64,000 bases of DNA from an uncultured Verrucomicrobiae bacterium (GTDB taxonomy: Bacteria; Verrucomicrobiota; Verrucomicrobiia; Limisphaerales; Palsa-1400). Positions 49,634 to 59,561 of this stretch are shown here, piece after piece. The stretch's first letter is position 1. Each line of letters starts with the position of its first letter. The DNA lies in assembly GCA_963764165.1 (NCBI GenBank), contig CAVXRD010000003.1:160001-224000 (forward strand), in the 5' to 3' direction. The notes beneath the pieces were generated by a model, which saw nothing but the letters and a program-made list of their open reading frames with translations, was not told where the DNA came from and made no database searches. Position numbers and translations under genes: made by a program.

Positions 49634-49668
49634 GGCGCTCTGAATATTTCAGGGCGCCGTTTTATTTT
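49634..49668 (+). terminator. Intrinsic terminator after HU
   Basis: GGCGCTCTGAA-TAT-TTCAGGGCGCC-GTTTT. Confidence 0.7.
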
Positions 49669-49682
49669 GCCACTATGTCCGC

Positions 49683-49877
49683 TTAGCCGAATCAGTTGCA
49701 ATTGGGAAGCGCGGTCGCCTCGACCGCCGTCTTAGGCGTCCTGCCGAAGACATCTTACGCTTCTGATAAATCACCGAAAGGTGGATGCAGATTTTTCGCC
49801 ACAGCCAGCCGGCGGGACGCCGACTTGATGCGGCAGGAACGGTCGCGCTACCCTTCTTAACTGCATCATTGCGCCTA
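49683..49877. repeat. MITE-like element, same layout as 22810-23002
   Basis: TTAGCCGAATCAGTTGCA...AACTGCATCATTGCGCCTA ends with inner GGGAAGCGCGGTCGCC / CGGTCGCGCTACCC arms. Confidence 0.5.
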
Positions 49878-50321
49878 CGATTTATTCACCCGGCCCGGCT
49901 CAGCCTGTTCGGGTGGCGCGGGTTCGGATTGGCGGGCGGGTTTCGTGGGTAGGAATGGTTTGCGGAAAGCTTCGCTGAAATCATAGCCGCCCTTGAAATC
50001 TTCGCGGCTGTCAGTTTCGGTTTTTTTGGCCACTTTGTGCTCGATCATGTTGAAGACAATTTCGCCGAAATCTTCGCAAGAACGGATATTCCATTCCTCA
50101 AACATGGTCGGCACCATGGGGCCAAACGTCTTCAGCGCGTAGAGACGGATCCCCTCCAGCAATTCCTTGCCGCCGACGTGGCGCTCGCTGAGTTTGTTGC
50201 GCCCGAGGGCGCGCTGGGTGTGTTCGAGAGCCTCCTGCACGAACACATAGGCGTCGATGGGATACCGTGCGTCCGCCGCCACGATGCGGCGCAGCTCGTC
50301 TTCTGGATTGGTGCGTTCCAT
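49875..50321 (-). CDS. Verrucomicrobia/Planctomycetes conserved protein (Minf_1886/TIGR04138-like)
   Basis: D.RY...AY.FV.EAL..T...HV.G.ELLEG.R..A...FGPM......W.I..CEDFGEIVFNM. Confidence 0.8.
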   Translation of the reverse strand: MERTNPEDELRRIVAADARYPIDAYVFVQEALEHTQRALGRNKLSERHVGGKELLEGIRLYALKTFGPMVPTMFEEWNIRSCEDFGEIVFNMIEHKVAKKTETDSREDFKGGYDFSEAFRKPFLPTKPARQSEPAPPEQAEPGRVNKS

Positions 50322-50322
50322 A

Positions 50323-50454
50323 TTACGTTTTTTGCTGCAAAGCCACTGGCGCATTCGGATGGGCCGCCCGATAGACCTTTACCGCCCAGCCGGTCAGCAC
50401 CAGCATCAATACTAAACAAAGCACTAACTGTTCCTCTTTCGTCAAGTATTTCAC
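50323..50454 (-). CDS. Small single-TM protein (43 aa)
   Basis: GTG start; MKYLTKEEQLVLCLVLMLVLTGWAVKVYR...; stop abuts the next ATG. Confidence 0.5.
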   Translation of the reverse strand: MKYLTKEEQLVLCLVLMLVLTGWAVKVYRAAHPNAPVALQQKT

Positions 50455-50528
50455 TCTTGCGTGACAATATACGGGAGAACGGAAAAACACCAAGGTGGAA
50501 TTGCACCCCGCCGCAAGGCGTAAATCCC

Positions 50529-50935
50529 GGTAGGGCGACGCTGCCAACGAACTGTCTTGTGGAGGCAGGGACGCCTCGCCGAGGCGTCCGGGGCGAGGCG
50601 TCGTTGAACGGTGCGGCCCACAAAAACTTTCACGCGCAACCGGACGCCTCGGCGAGGCGTCCCTACCCCCAAAGGCGAAATTTGTTCGTCGGAACTTCTT
50701 ACCGATTCGTTGGTTGGTGCCTCCCGCCGAGCCATCCTATAATTCCCATTTCAATCGGCGGAAAATTGCGAGCGGGGCGGTCGGCGAGGGCGCCGACCGC
50801 AACACGCGAGGCGCGTGTGCTCCCCGGGCCTTTAACTCCGGGGAGCGCACGCGCCCCCGCGTGCAGCGGGACGCGCCTCGCGTCCCGCATCCCATCTTAA
50901 AACCAAAGCGGCTCGGCGCGAGCCTCGCCCTACCG
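50529..50935. repeat. Cluster of several REP-like palindrome families downstream of leuS
   Basis: GGGACGCCTCGCCGAGGCGTCCG / CGGACGCCTCGGCGAGGCGTCCCTACC pair; CACGCGAGGCGCGTGTGCTCCCC; GGCTCGGCGCGAGCCTCGCCCTACC. Confidence 0.8.
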
Positions 50936-50948
50936 CGCGCCGGTCTTT

Positions 50949-53615
50949 CTACACCACAATATTCACCAGCTTTTTCTGCACCACGATAATCTTCTTTGCC
51001 GGCTTGCCATCCATAAACGCCTTCACCTTTTCAGACGCCTGCGCCGCAGCTTCTATTTCGGCCTGCGGCGCCGTGGACGCCACGACTATTTTATCGCGCA
51101 ATTTGCCGTTCACCTGCACGGGGATTTCGATCGTGTCCTCGACCAGCAACGCCGGATCAAACTTCGGCCACGGCTCGTAGGCGAGGGTTCCTGTCCCGCC
51201 AAGTTTCGCGGCGAGTTCTTCCGCCAGATGCGGCGCGAACGGTTGCAGCAGCAACAGAAAATCGCGCATGACCGACGCCGGTTTCGTCTCCCAGGTAATC
51301 GCGTCGTTGACAAAAATCATCAGCGCCGAAATGGCGGTGTTGAAACGGAAGGCGTCCAAATCCTCGGTCACCTTCTTGATGCACGCGTGCAGTGTCTTCA
51401 AGTGCGCCGGCGTCGGCGGCACATCTTTGACGGCAGCGCTCAATTTGATCGCGGCCAGGCTTTCCGGCGATTCCGAAGTGCTCGCGGTTTGTTCCTGCTC
51501 GAACGCCGTCTCGCTTTGCTCATCGACGAACAAACGCCAGACGCGGCCCAAAAAGCGGTAGACGCCCTCGACGCCTTTGTTGTTCCACGGCTTCACCATT
51601 TCGAGCGGTCCCATGAACATCTCGTAAAGGCGCAACGCATCCGCGCCATATTCACGCATGATGTCATCAGGATTGACCACGTTCCCGCGCGACTTCGACA
51701 TTTTCTGGTTGTCCTCGCCGAGGATCAAACCCTGGTTCACCAGCTTGAAAAATGGCTCCGGCGTCGAGACGTAACCCAGATCGTAAAGAACATTGTGCCA
51801 GAAACGCGCGTAAAGCAGATGCAGCACCGCGTGCTCAATTCCGCCCACATATAAATCCACTCCCGGACGCTCGCCGTGACCCGCCGGCTGCGTGCCCATC
51901 CAATACTTCTCGGCCTCGGCGGAGCAAAATTGGTTCGAGTTCCGCGCATCGGTGAATCGCAAATAATACCAACAGCTCCCGGCCCATTGCGGCATTGTGT
52001 TCGTCTCGCGATGCGAGCCGTCCGGCAAGTTCACCCATTCGTGCGCGCGCGCGAGCGGCGGTTCGCCAGATGAGGTCGGCTTAAAATCCGTCAGCGAAGG
52101 CGGCTGCAATGGCAAAACGGAATCCGGCAACGGTTCGTGCCGCGGCTTTCCGTCGGGGCCGGTTTTCCAGAGAATCGGAAACGGCTCGCCCCAATAACGC
52201 TGGCGGCTGAAAAGCCAGTCGCGCAATTTATAATTGACCGTCTTGCGTCCCCTGCCCTTTTCCGCCAGCCAGGCCGTGATTTTTTTCTTGGCCTCCGGCG
52301 TCGCAAGCCCGTTCAGGAAATCCGATTCAACAGCAATGCCATCCCCGAGGAACCCTTTCGATTCCTGCCCGGCAGGCGCTTGAACAACGACGCGAATCGG
52401 CAAATTGAATTTCTCCGCAAATTCCAAATCGCGCGTGTCGTGGCCCGGCACCGCCATGATCGCGCCGGTGCCATAAGTTGCCAGCACATAGTCAGCAATC
52501 CAGACCGGAATCTTCTCATTATTGACAGGATTGATGGCAAACGCGCCGGTAAAAACACCGGTTTTGTCGCGCGACAATTCCGTCCGCTCCAAATCGCTTT
52601 TGCGCGCGACCGCAGCCTTGTAGGCGGCGACGGCTTCGCGCTGCTCCGGAGTGGTGATCGACTCGACCAAGGCATGTTCGGGCGCGAGCACCATGTAAGT
52701 CGCGCCAAACAGGGTGTCCGGGCGCGTCGTGAAAACCGTCAAGTCCGGCTGGCCGGCGCCCAGCGAAAAATGGACTTCCGCGCCTTCGCTGCGGCCAATC
52801 CAATTGCGCTGCATTTCCTTGAGCGATTCGCTCCACTCGATCTTCTCCAGCCCATCCAAAAGCCGGTCGGCGTAACGCGTGATGCGCAGCATCCATTGCC
52901 GCATCGGCTTGCGCGTGACCGGGAAGCCGCCCACTTCGCTCTTGCCATCGACCACTTCCTCGTTGGCGAGGACAGTGCCAAGCCCTTCGCACCACCAGAC
53001 GGGCGCTTCGGAAACAAAGGCCAGCCGCTGGCTGTCAACAAAATCGCGGTTTTGGTTTGGCAGCGTCGAAATCGGCTCGGCCTTGTTGGTGGCCGGGTTG
53101 AACCACGAATTGTAAAGCTTGAGGAAAATCCACTGCGTCCATTTGAAATAATCGGGATCGGTCGTGTCGATTTCCCTGCTCCAATCGTAACTGAAACCGA
53201 GCGCCTTGATCTGCCGCTTGAACGTCGCGATGTTCGCCTCCGTCGTGAGGCGCGGATGCTGGCCGGTCTTGATCGCGTATTGCTCGGCCGGAAGCCCGAA
53301 GGCGTCCCAGCCCATCGGATGCAGGACGTTTCGCCCGCGCGCGCGCTGGTAGCGGGCCAGAATATCCGTGGCCGTGTAGCCCTCCGGATGCCCCACATGC
53401 AACCCCGCCCCGGAAGGATACGGGAACATGTCAAGTATATAGAACTTCGGCGGAAGCTGCTCCGCCTGCACCGGCCCGCCCAGCCCGTGCCGCCGTGCAA
53501 ACGGATGTTCGCCGGGGATGCTGTCGCCGGGATTCCAGGCGCGAAAAGCCGAAGCCGAGTCCCAGGCGTTCTGCCACTTGGGCTCGATGAGATGGAAGGG
53601 ATATTGTCGCCGCAT
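50949..53615 (-). CDS. leuS: Leucine--tRNA ligase
   Basis: [35 protein letters not shown]. Confidence 0.98.
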   Translation of the reverse strand: MRRQYPFHLIEPKWQNAWDSASAFRAWNPGDSIPGEHPFARRHGLGGPVQAEQLPPKFYILDMFPYPSGAGLHVGHPEGYTATDILARYQRARGRNVLHPMGWDAFGLPAEQYAIKTGQHPRLTTEANIATFKRQIKALGFSYDWSREIDTTDPDYFKWTQWIFLKLYNSWFNPATNKAEPISTLPNQNRDFVDSQRLAFVSEAPVWWCEGLGTVLANEEVVDGKSEVGGFPVTRKPMRQWMLRITRYADRLLDGLEKIEWSESLKEMQRNWIGRSEGAEVHFSLGAGQPDLTVFTTRPDTLFGATYMVLAPEHALVESITTPEQREAVAAYKAAVARKSDLERTELSRDKTGVFTGAFAINPVNNEKIPVWIADYVLATYGTGAIMAVPGHDTRDLEFAEKFNLPIRVVVQAPAGQESKGFLGDGIAVESDFLNGLATPEAKKKITAWLAEKGRGRKTVNYKLRDWLFSRQRYWGEPFPILWKTGPDGKPRHEPLPDSVLPLQPPSLTDFKPTSSGEPPLARAHEWVNLPDGSHRETNTMPQWAGSCWYYLRFTDARNSNQFCSAEAEKYWMGTQPAGHGERPGVDLYVGGIEHAVLHLLYARFWHNVLYDLGYVSTPEPFFKLVNQGLILGEDNQKMSKSRGNVVNPDDIMREYGADALRLYEMFMGPLEMVKPWNNKGVEGVYRFLGRVWRLFVDEQSETAFEQEQTASTSESPESLAAIKLSAAVKDVPPTPAHLKTLHACIKKVTEDLDAFRFNTAISALMIFVNDAITWETKPASVMRDFLLLLQPFAPHLAEELAAKLGGTGTLAYEPWPKFDPALLVEDTIEIPVQVNGKLRDKIVVASTAPQAEIEAAAQASEKVKAFMDGKPAKKIIVVQKKLVNIVV

Positions 53616-53682
53616 TAAATTAAAAACTTTCGCGGAAATTAGATTAAATTAAATCGAATCGAATTAAGCCAAAAATGACAAA

Positions 53683-54255
53683 TTATTTCGCGCCCTGCGG
53701 AATCACGCCCTTGTCGATCAGCTTATGCAATTTCGGGCCGATGACGAATTGGCAGTAGCCCTCATTGGAATGCAGGTTGTAATAATTCTGGTGATAATCC
53801 TCCGCCGAATAAAACACCGTCAGCGGCACAATCTCCGTCACGATGGGCGAGGAAAAATGCGCCGCCGCCGCCGCCTTGGATTTCTCGGCCGCCGCCTTCT
53901 CCGCCTCGTTGCTATAAAGAATGATCGAGCGATACTGCGTCCCAACATCGTTGCCCTGCCGATTCAGCGTCGTCGGATCATGCGCCTCCCAAAAAATCTC
54001 CAGCAGCTTCTCGTAAGAAACAACCGCCGGGTCGAACTTGATTTGAATCACCTCCGCATGCCCCGTCGTCCCCGAGCAAACCGCCTTGTAGCTGGGATTC
54101 GAAACGGAGCCGCCCGCGTAACCGGAAACCACGGATTTCACCCCCGGAATCCGCTGAAACACCGTCTCAGCGCACCAGAAACACCCGCCCCCGAAAGTAG
54201 CCGTCTGCAATTTCGCGTTCGCGGCGGAATTTGTCGATTCAGTCTGAGCATTCAT
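53683..54255 (-). CDS. msrA: Peptide-methionine (S)-S-oxide reductase
   Basis: GGCFWC, GYAGG, TGHAE, HDPTTLNRQGND.GTQYRS, AEDYHQNY. Confidence 0.97.
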   Translation of the reverse strand: MNAQTESTNSAANAKLQTATFGGGCFWCAETVFQRIPGVKSVVSGYAGGSVSNPSYKAVCSGTTGHAEVIQIKFDPAVVSYEKLLEIFWEAHDPTTLNRQGNDVGTQYRSIILYSNEAEKAAAEKSKAAAAAHFSSPIVTEIVPLTVFYSAEDYHQNYYNLHSNEGYCQFVIGPKLHKLIDKGVIPQGAK

Positions 54256-54315
54256 AAAGTCACCGAAACATGGGGCTGGGAACGGGCAAATTCAATCAGA
54301 ATATGGACAGATTCA
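54152..54315. repeat. 164-bp direct repeat copy 1 (msrA 5' end plus upstream)
   Basis: 10 mismatches to 58033-58196 by manual alignment. Confidence 0.92.
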
Positions 54316-54361
54316 AGCAGGAAGGTACGATTGAAATCGGGTGATGGACGCGGGCCGACAG

Positions 54362-54532
54362 GCGGAGCGCGGTTGTGTCGAAGACCAGCCGCAGCAACAC
54401 TCAAACTACCGAAACCGAATCTTGTTGTTGGCCATTTCCGATAAGCATGTCAAAACTTCGGAATTGCACGTGCGATCCCTGGAATTCTTTCCAACGCGCC
54501 GCATGTTTCCATGCTGCTGCGGCTGGTCTTCG
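54362..54532. repeat. REP doublet, right arm split by IS66
   Basis: Left arm GCGGAGCGCGGTTGTGTCGAAGACCAGCCGCAGC; right arm TGCTGCGGCTGGTCTTCG[IS]ACACAGCCGCTCTCCGC resumes at 57044. Confidence 0.85.
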
Positions 54533-54606
54533 GTAAGCGTCACGCGACGCACCGTGTGACTGAACTAGAGTTTTGTAGAGACGCCAGAGGCAGCTATCTC
54601 TGACAT

Positions 54607-56148
54607 CTACGCTGCTTTTGCAGAGGGGCGGCGAGATTTGGCCCAAGCTCCTGGGGTGACTTCTGGTATTTGGTGGTTGGTCATTCGAGGCAGGCGGGCG
54701 AGAACATCGCAGAGGTATGCGTATGGATCGATGTTTCGGCGGCGGCAGCTTTCGATGATGCTGTAAACAATCGCTCCGCGCTGGCCAGCGCCGGCTTCTC
54801 CGACAAAGAGCCAGTTTTTCTTTCCAACCGCCGTGGGACGAATGGAATTCTCGACTAAATTGTTGTCTATTTCAACGCTTCCTTTTTCAAGGTAGACGCT
54901 CAGGGTTGGCCATTGGCCCAAGGCATAATCCATGGCCTGGCCCAGCAGACTTTGCGGCAGATAGCGATGGCTGGCCTTGAGCCGGACCAGGGCGCGTTGA
55001 AGTCGCTGAACGACCGGCTTGCTTTGGCTGGCCCGGTGGGCGGCGCGCAAGTTCGGACCCGCTCGATGCTCTCTCAGCTTGGCTTCGACTCGATAAAGTT
55101 GCTGGATTTGACCCAGGAACCAAGCCGCCGTGCGAGGCGATTGCTCCAGGGCCTCGTAAAACTTGCGCCGAACATGGGCCCAGCAACCTGTCAACTGGAC
55201 GGTTCCATTGCGGCTGTCGGCAAAGGAGCGATAGGCCGAGTAGCCATCACACTGGATGACTCCCCGAAAATTAACCGGGATCAAATTGTTCAGGCACTGC
55301 GTTCCGCGACTGGTTTCCCACCGAAAGACGACATCACCTCCCGGACGGCTGCAGGTCCAAAAATAACCTTGCCGGGTTTTCCCATGGCCTGGTTCCAGGA
55401 ACTGGATTGGCGTTTCGTCCACTTGCACGTAGCCGCCAGCCATCACTCCGGTGAGGATTTGTTCATAAATGGGTCGCAGCCAATCCGCCGCCAGTTCCAC
55501 CCAGCGGGCCAGCGTCTGCCGGGGCAGTGCAACGCCGTGGCGCTGCCGATACATCTGTTCCTGCCGGTAAAGCGGCATGTGGTCGCAATACTTGCTGACC
55601 AGCACATGGGCCAGCAATCCCGGCGCGGCCATGCCGCGCTCCAGCAAACACTCAGGCAGCGGCGCCACAATAGGCGGGCGATCCTGGTCCTGCCGGTGAA
55701 CATACTTGCGGCGAATGGTGCGGCGGCGCAGAAAACGGCCCGGCTCGTAATCCAGTTGTTCGCTCACCTCCTGGCCAATGTAACGCCAGAGTTGCGGTTG
55801 AGCTTTGACCACGTCTGGATCAATGACTTCTTCCACCACCGGCAGGTTTTCCGGCAAGCGGGGTTTGCTTTCAGTGGCGGCGGGCTTGGATGGTTTAACC
55901 GTCGGAGCGATGGTTGGCGGAACATCAACGACCGATTTGATTGGCTCCGGTCCTTGCAACAAGAACTGCAACTGGGCCGGATTTATCTGCTCGCTGCTGG
56001 AGCCAAACACCCGGCGGACCAAGGCATCCACCTTTTGCCGAAGGACGGTGTTTTCCCGCCGGAGGGCTTCCTCCCTCCGCAGCGATTCAGTCAAGGCCTG
56101 CTGGCATTTTTCCAGCAGTTGGGCCAGTTGAAGTTCCTGCTCCGTCAC
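54607..56148 (-). CDS. tnpC: IS66 DDE transposase
   Basis: KY.DH.PLYRQ, VDETP, QCDGY, CWAH.RRKF, IDNN.VE..IRP...G.KNWLF. Confidence 0.96.
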   Translation of the reverse strand: MTEQELQLAQLLEKCQQALTESLRREEALRRENTVLRQKVDALVRRVFGSSSEQINPAQLQFLLQGPEPIKSVVDVPPTIAPTVKPSKPAATESKPRLPENLPVVEEVIDPDVVKAQPQLWRYIGQEVSEQLDYEPGRFLRRRTIRRKYVHRQDQDRPPIVAPLPECLLERGMAAPGLLAHVLVSKYCDHMPLYRQEQMYRQRHGVALPRQTLARWVELAADWLRPIYEQILTGVMAGGYVQVDETPIQFLEPGHGKTRQGYFWTCSRPGGDVVFRWETSRGTQCLNNLIPVNFRGVIQCDGYSAYRSFADSRNGTVQLTGCWAHVRRKFYEALEQSPRTAAWFLGQIQQLYRVEAKLREHRAGPNLRAAHRASQSKPVVQRLQRALVRLKASHRYLPQSLLGQAMDYALGQWPTLSVYLEKGSVEIDNNLVENSIRPTAVGKKNWLFVGEAGAGQRGAIVYSIIESCRRRNIDPYAYLCDVLARLPRMTNHQIPEVTPGAWAKSRRPSAKAA

Positions 56149-56215
56149 GACAGAGCAAGGGTTTAACGGAAAACGCCCCTACAGTCAAGTATAATTAAGA
56201 AAATCCCTCACTTTT

Positions 56216-56572
56216 TTATGGCTGCCGCTCATACCACGGCCGCAAGGTGCCGCCCCGCAAATCAACGCCATCAGTCAGCATCGCCAAAGCCTGCGGCGTC
56301 AGCGACATTTTCTTTTGCCCGGCATCCACCGTCTGCGGCCAGAAGAAAGTGCCATTTTCGAGGCGCTTCGTCAGAAGCCAAAGTCCGGTGCCATCCCAGC
56401 AGAGCATTTTGAGCCGGGTTCGGCGGCGGTTGGTAAACACAAAGATCGCGCCTTGGCGGGGATCCTCGCCCAGCCGCTCGGTGACCAGACCATGGAGGCC
56501 ATTAAAACTCTTGCGCAGATCGCACGGCTCCATCGCCAGCAACACTTTGATGCTTCCGGAAAAACTCAGCAT
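56216..56572 (-). CDS. tnpB: IS66 accessory protein TnpB
   Basis: DLRKSFNGL, FVF.NRRR..LK.L.WDG.G.WL..KRLE.G.F.WP. Confidence 0.95.
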   Translation of the reverse strand: MLSFSGSIKVLLAMEPCDLRKSFNGLHGLVTERLGEDPRQGAIFVFTNRRRTRLKMLCWDGTGLWLLTKRLENGTFFWPQTVDAGQKKMSLTPQALAMLTDGVDLRGGTLRPWYERQP

Positions 56573-56976
56573 CGCGATGGTGTGTTAAGAGCCAGCAACA
56601 GCGCCGCCGCCAGCTCGGCTTGCCGGGCATCGGCAATCTCGGCGCGAGCGTCTTTGCCGAAATAGACTTTCAGCACGGATGTCTCCTTGGAAGTCGCGAC
56701 CCTGGCCTGATCGACCATCGCCTCCAACCACTGCACCTGGGCCTTTTCCTCGGGACCCTTGGCCAGCGGGGCTTCCGTGGAACGACTCCGCTTGCGCCTG
56801 GCCACCCAGGCGGCGAAGGTCGAATACTTAACCCCTGACAGCCCAGCAAATTTAGGACAACTCAACCCGCTGCGCTCAAACTCATCCAGCAACTGCTCTT
56901 TGCGCAGTCGGGGCGTCTGAAGGCGCGCCAATGAATCGGTTTTAAGAATCTGACCAGAGCTCTGTGTAGATGTCAT
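56566..56976 (-). CDS. tnpA: IS66 accessory protein TnpA
   Basis: LLDEFERSGLS..KFA..SGVKYSTFA.W HTH; first ORF of the element. Confidence 0.85.
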   Translation of the reverse strand: MTSTQSSGQILKTDSLARLQTPRLRKEQLLDEFERSGLSCPKFAGLSGVKYSTFAAWVARRKRSRSTEAPLAKGPEEKAQVQWLEAMVDQARVATSKETSVLKVYFGKDARAEIADARQAELAAALLLALNTPSRC

Positions 56977-57150
56977 AGCAAAAGGCTATGACGAAAATGC
57001 TGTCTTGTTACAGAGGCGCTCGGCGTGACGCTTACGGTCTTCGACACAGCCGCTCTCCGCAAAACTTGCTTCGCGCATCCCCCACTTCTAATCACACCCC
57101 AAGCAGTACGGACGGCGTCAAAATCGCGTGTGGAAATAATCCTCGTCCTC

Positions 57151-57239
57151 GCGTTAATATTCCCTTCCCCGGATCCAAGAGGGGAATTTAACGCCAAGAC
57201 GCAAAGGCCCAAGTGCGCAATGGTTTTGCCGATTGTTTT
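57151..57239. repeat. ~90-bp direct repeat copy 1 flanking a TA pair
   Basis: GCGTTAA...GGGGAATTTAACGCCAAGACGCAAAGGCCCAAG...; second copy 57885-57972. Confidence 0.8.
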
Positions 57240-57265
57240 GGATTGAACCGGAAGAACTGCTGGCC

Positions 57266-57559
57266 TCAAGAAATACGACTTTTCCAGTAGCCTGGCTCGC
57301 GACTGCAGTGGGCGACTGCGACAATAAGGACATAGCCATCCTCAAGCGTGTAAAAAATGGCGTAGGGAAACACCCTCGTGAGACAACGCCGAATGTCCTC
57401 GTCAACTTGGGGCCAGCGCAGAGGGTCTTGAAGAATAATCTCTATGGCGCGCTCTATTGAGGCAATAAATCGCAAATGCAGGGCGGACTCTTTGCTCGCG
57501 TAATAGGCCGCAGCGTCCCCATATTCCCGCACTGCCTCCGGGTGAAACTCAAATCTCAT
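57266..57559 (-). CDS. RelE/ParE-family toxin
   Basis: FHPEA..E..DA..YY...F...IE.....I...P...RRC...FPY.IFY......I.AVAH.SR.PGYW. Confidence 0.92.
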   Translation of the reverse strand: MRFEFHPEAVREYGDAAAYYASKESALHLRFIASIERAIEIILQDPLRWPQVDEDIRRCLTRVFPYAIFYTLEDGYVLIVAVAHCSREPGYWKSRIS

Positions 57560-57783
57560 CCGCCAACCGTGCGCCGCACATGTGCTAACGCCTCCGGTCC
57601 CGGGATCGTTTGAACTTTCCCCTGGCGAACTTCATCCCGCCGACGCCTGGCCTCCGCGATCCACACCTCATCAATGTGGTTCATCTCTGCGCTATTCAAG
57701 CTCTCCACCAAACAATCAGCCAGACGTGCCCGCGCCTCGCTCGGCAAGCCCAGCGCCTCTCTCTCGATTTGTTCCACAGTCAT
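57556..57783 (-). CDS. Addiction-module antitoxin (TIGR02574-like)
   Basis: EAL.LP.E.RA.LAD.L.ESL......W..EA.RR..E...G.V.TIP; ATGA overlap with the toxin. Confidence 0.88.
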   Translation of the reverse strand: MTVEQIEREALGLPSEARARLADCLVESLNSAEMNHIDEVWIAEARRRRDEVRQGKVQTIPGPEALAHVRRTVGG

Positions 57784-57884
57784 CTCTTGCAAAATACCGC
57801 TTTTGCAGCCCGACTCAAGCGTTCTATCGCTGGCAGATGAGCCGGTCGCTCGTCCTCGCCGCATCCTTGCGCCTCTGCGCCCTT

Positions 57885-57972
57885 GCGTTAAAATTTCTTC
57901 CCCGTAAGCAAAAGGGGAATTTAAAGCCAAGACGCAAAGACCCAAGGGCGCAAAGATTTTACCGATTATTTT
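57885..57972. repeat. ~90-bp direct repeat copy 2
   Basis: See 57151-57239. Confidence 0.8.
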
Positions 57973-58136
57973 ACACGTCTCTTGCCCGCATCGGAGGGAT
58001 AATGTGTAATTATGTTGCTCTGACGCCTTTTTCGCTGAAACACCGTCTCGGCGCACCAGAAACACCCGCCACCGAAAGTAGCCGTCTGCAATTTCGCGTT
58101 CACGGCGGAATTCGTCGATTCAGTCTGAGCATTCAT
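57966..58136 (-). pseudogene. msrA: Truncated msrA 5' copy (35 MsrA residues plus unrelated tail)
   Basis: MNAQTESTNSAVNAKLQTATFGGGCFWCAETVFQR-KRRQSNIITHYPSDAGKRRVK*. Confidence 0.88.
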
Positions 58137-58328
58137 AAAGTCACCGAAACATGGGGCTGGTCATGGCCAAATTCAATCAGAATGTGGAGAGATTCAGAAG
58201 GACGGCCCATGTCAGATTCGGATTTGGAGTAACGCAAAAACTAGCACACCCTGCGAAATATTCGATTAGGTGTCTGGGCGCAAATGCTTGACGGCACGTA
58301 AGCGCGAAATAATTATGTTGGGTAGGAT

Positions 58329-58898
58329 ATGGATCAGGCACTGATTAGTTGCGTCGCAACAGCGTTACGCCGCCTTAAACACCCCTTTTATTTTGAGCAG
58401 GACACAATATACGGACCCGACACTTTCGTGGATAAATGGCTTGGCCACGGGGGCAAGGAAGCGAAGCTTAGGCGTGAGATGCAAAACGCCCTTAATTATT
58501 GTGACAGGCTCGGCTTCCGATTCGTGCAAAGAGGTTCGGTCTCGTTAGCTCTCATTGTTTTTTCGGAACACTTGTCGCCTGAGGAAGCGATTGGTCGGAG
58601 CGTCGTAGTCCAAGAAAGCACTCACCCATTCGCGCAGTTCGACATGCGAAGCGGATGGGCGTTTCCCTTTCACGTTAACATCTTTTATGTTTTCAGCAGC
58701 TCTGAAAAGGCGTTCAGTTTCCGCAATACGGCGCAGGACAAATGCAAACATACCAAGATTGGGCTATTGAGAACCGTTCTCATCAAACCTTGGTGCATTG
58801 ATTATCACGGGATGCATGTCACCCCGCCAAAGGGAATATTAAGCGGATTGGATAAGGAACCATCGGAAATCGAATCGAAGTTATTTGAGGGCCTCTAA
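58329..58898 (+). CDS. Hypothetical protein (lower GC)
   Basis: 189-aa ORF with no recognised motif. Confidence 0.65.
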   Translation: MDQALISCVATALRRLKHPFYFEQDTIYGPDTFVDKWLGHGGKEAKLRREMQNALNYCDRLGFRFVQRGSVSLALIVFSEHLSPEEAIGRSVVVQESTHPFAQFDMRSGWAFPFHVNIFYVFSSSEKAFSFRNTAQDKCKHTKIGLLRTVLIKPWCIDYHGMHVTPPKGILSGLDKEPSEIESKLFEGL

Positions 58899-58913
58899 TC
58901 CGCTTTTATCCGA

Positions 58914-59450
58914 TTAATACTTTTCTAGTTCGTATGAATGAAGCCTGATTTTAAGAAGAAATTGGCACAGCGCAAAAAGACATATTGTCAAATGTCCATA
59001 AATGTCTTTTTGCCAGCCTTTCGGGAGTTTTTGACCTTTCTTCGTGTAATAACATTGGATCAAACTCTGGACGAGTCCTTCTATCTCCTTAGGCGTTTTC
59101 AGCCCGTGCGCTAATTTATTGCGAACGTCATTCAATGTGTCAAGGACACACAGAAGATCGGCACTTGGCCCCGGTTCTCGTTCGCACACTACTTTTTCAA
59201 CCAATTTAAGTTTCTGAAAAAATTGCAGCCTTCCCGGTTTACCTGGTAACTCTGAAACCCTCAGTAATCGCGCCAGAATTATTTCCAACAGTTGTTCCGC
59301 GACGAGGTGCCCCTTTAGTACAAGCAGCGTAAGATCCGTCCCACAGGGCAGCAGGTGGTCTGTCAGTTCGGCGAACCTAATTGCGTCCTTCGCCAACTCG
59401 CCGACAGCAACATTGTCCTTCGCTTTACGTCGCTCGTTGTCATTTTTCAT
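58914..59450 (-). CDS. Putative HEPN-like protein
   Basis: LVLKGHL.AEQLL, F.QKL, LN.VRNKLAH (Rx4H). Confidence 0.6.
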   Translation of the reverse strand: MKNDNERRKAKDNVAVGELAKDAIRFAELTDHLLPCGTDLTLLVLKGHLVAEQLLEIILARLLRVSELPGKPGRLQFFQKLKLVEKVVCEREPGPSADLLCVLDTLNDVRNKLAHGLKTPKEIEGLVQSLIQCYYTKKGQKLPKGWQKDIYGHLTICLFALCQFLLKIRLHSYELEKY

Positions 59451-59561
59451 ACGCCATCAATTTGGTGGGAAGCCCCACGAGCGTCAGTCCCACATAACCA
59501 CATGATTGCATCGGCATCTCCGATCGCGACGACGGAAAACCGCTCTCCAAGTTGCTTTGCC

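Larger units (their letters stand above)
54533..57035 (-). mobile_element. Complete IS66-family element (2503 bp)
   Basis: TIRs GTAAGCGTCACGC / GCGTGACGCTTAC; 8-bp TSD GGTCTTCG (54525-32, 57036-43); tnpA, tnpB, tnpC. Confidence 0.96.

Noticed and set aside
57151..57972. Integron attC sites around the ParE module
   Set aside because: The GTT and AAC boxes are in the opposite order to attC, and there is no intI in the window
57784..58065. Long N-terminal extension of the antitoxin ORF (169 aa in the track)
   Set aside because: The extension runs through repeats and the msrA fragment; family similarity starts at Met 57783
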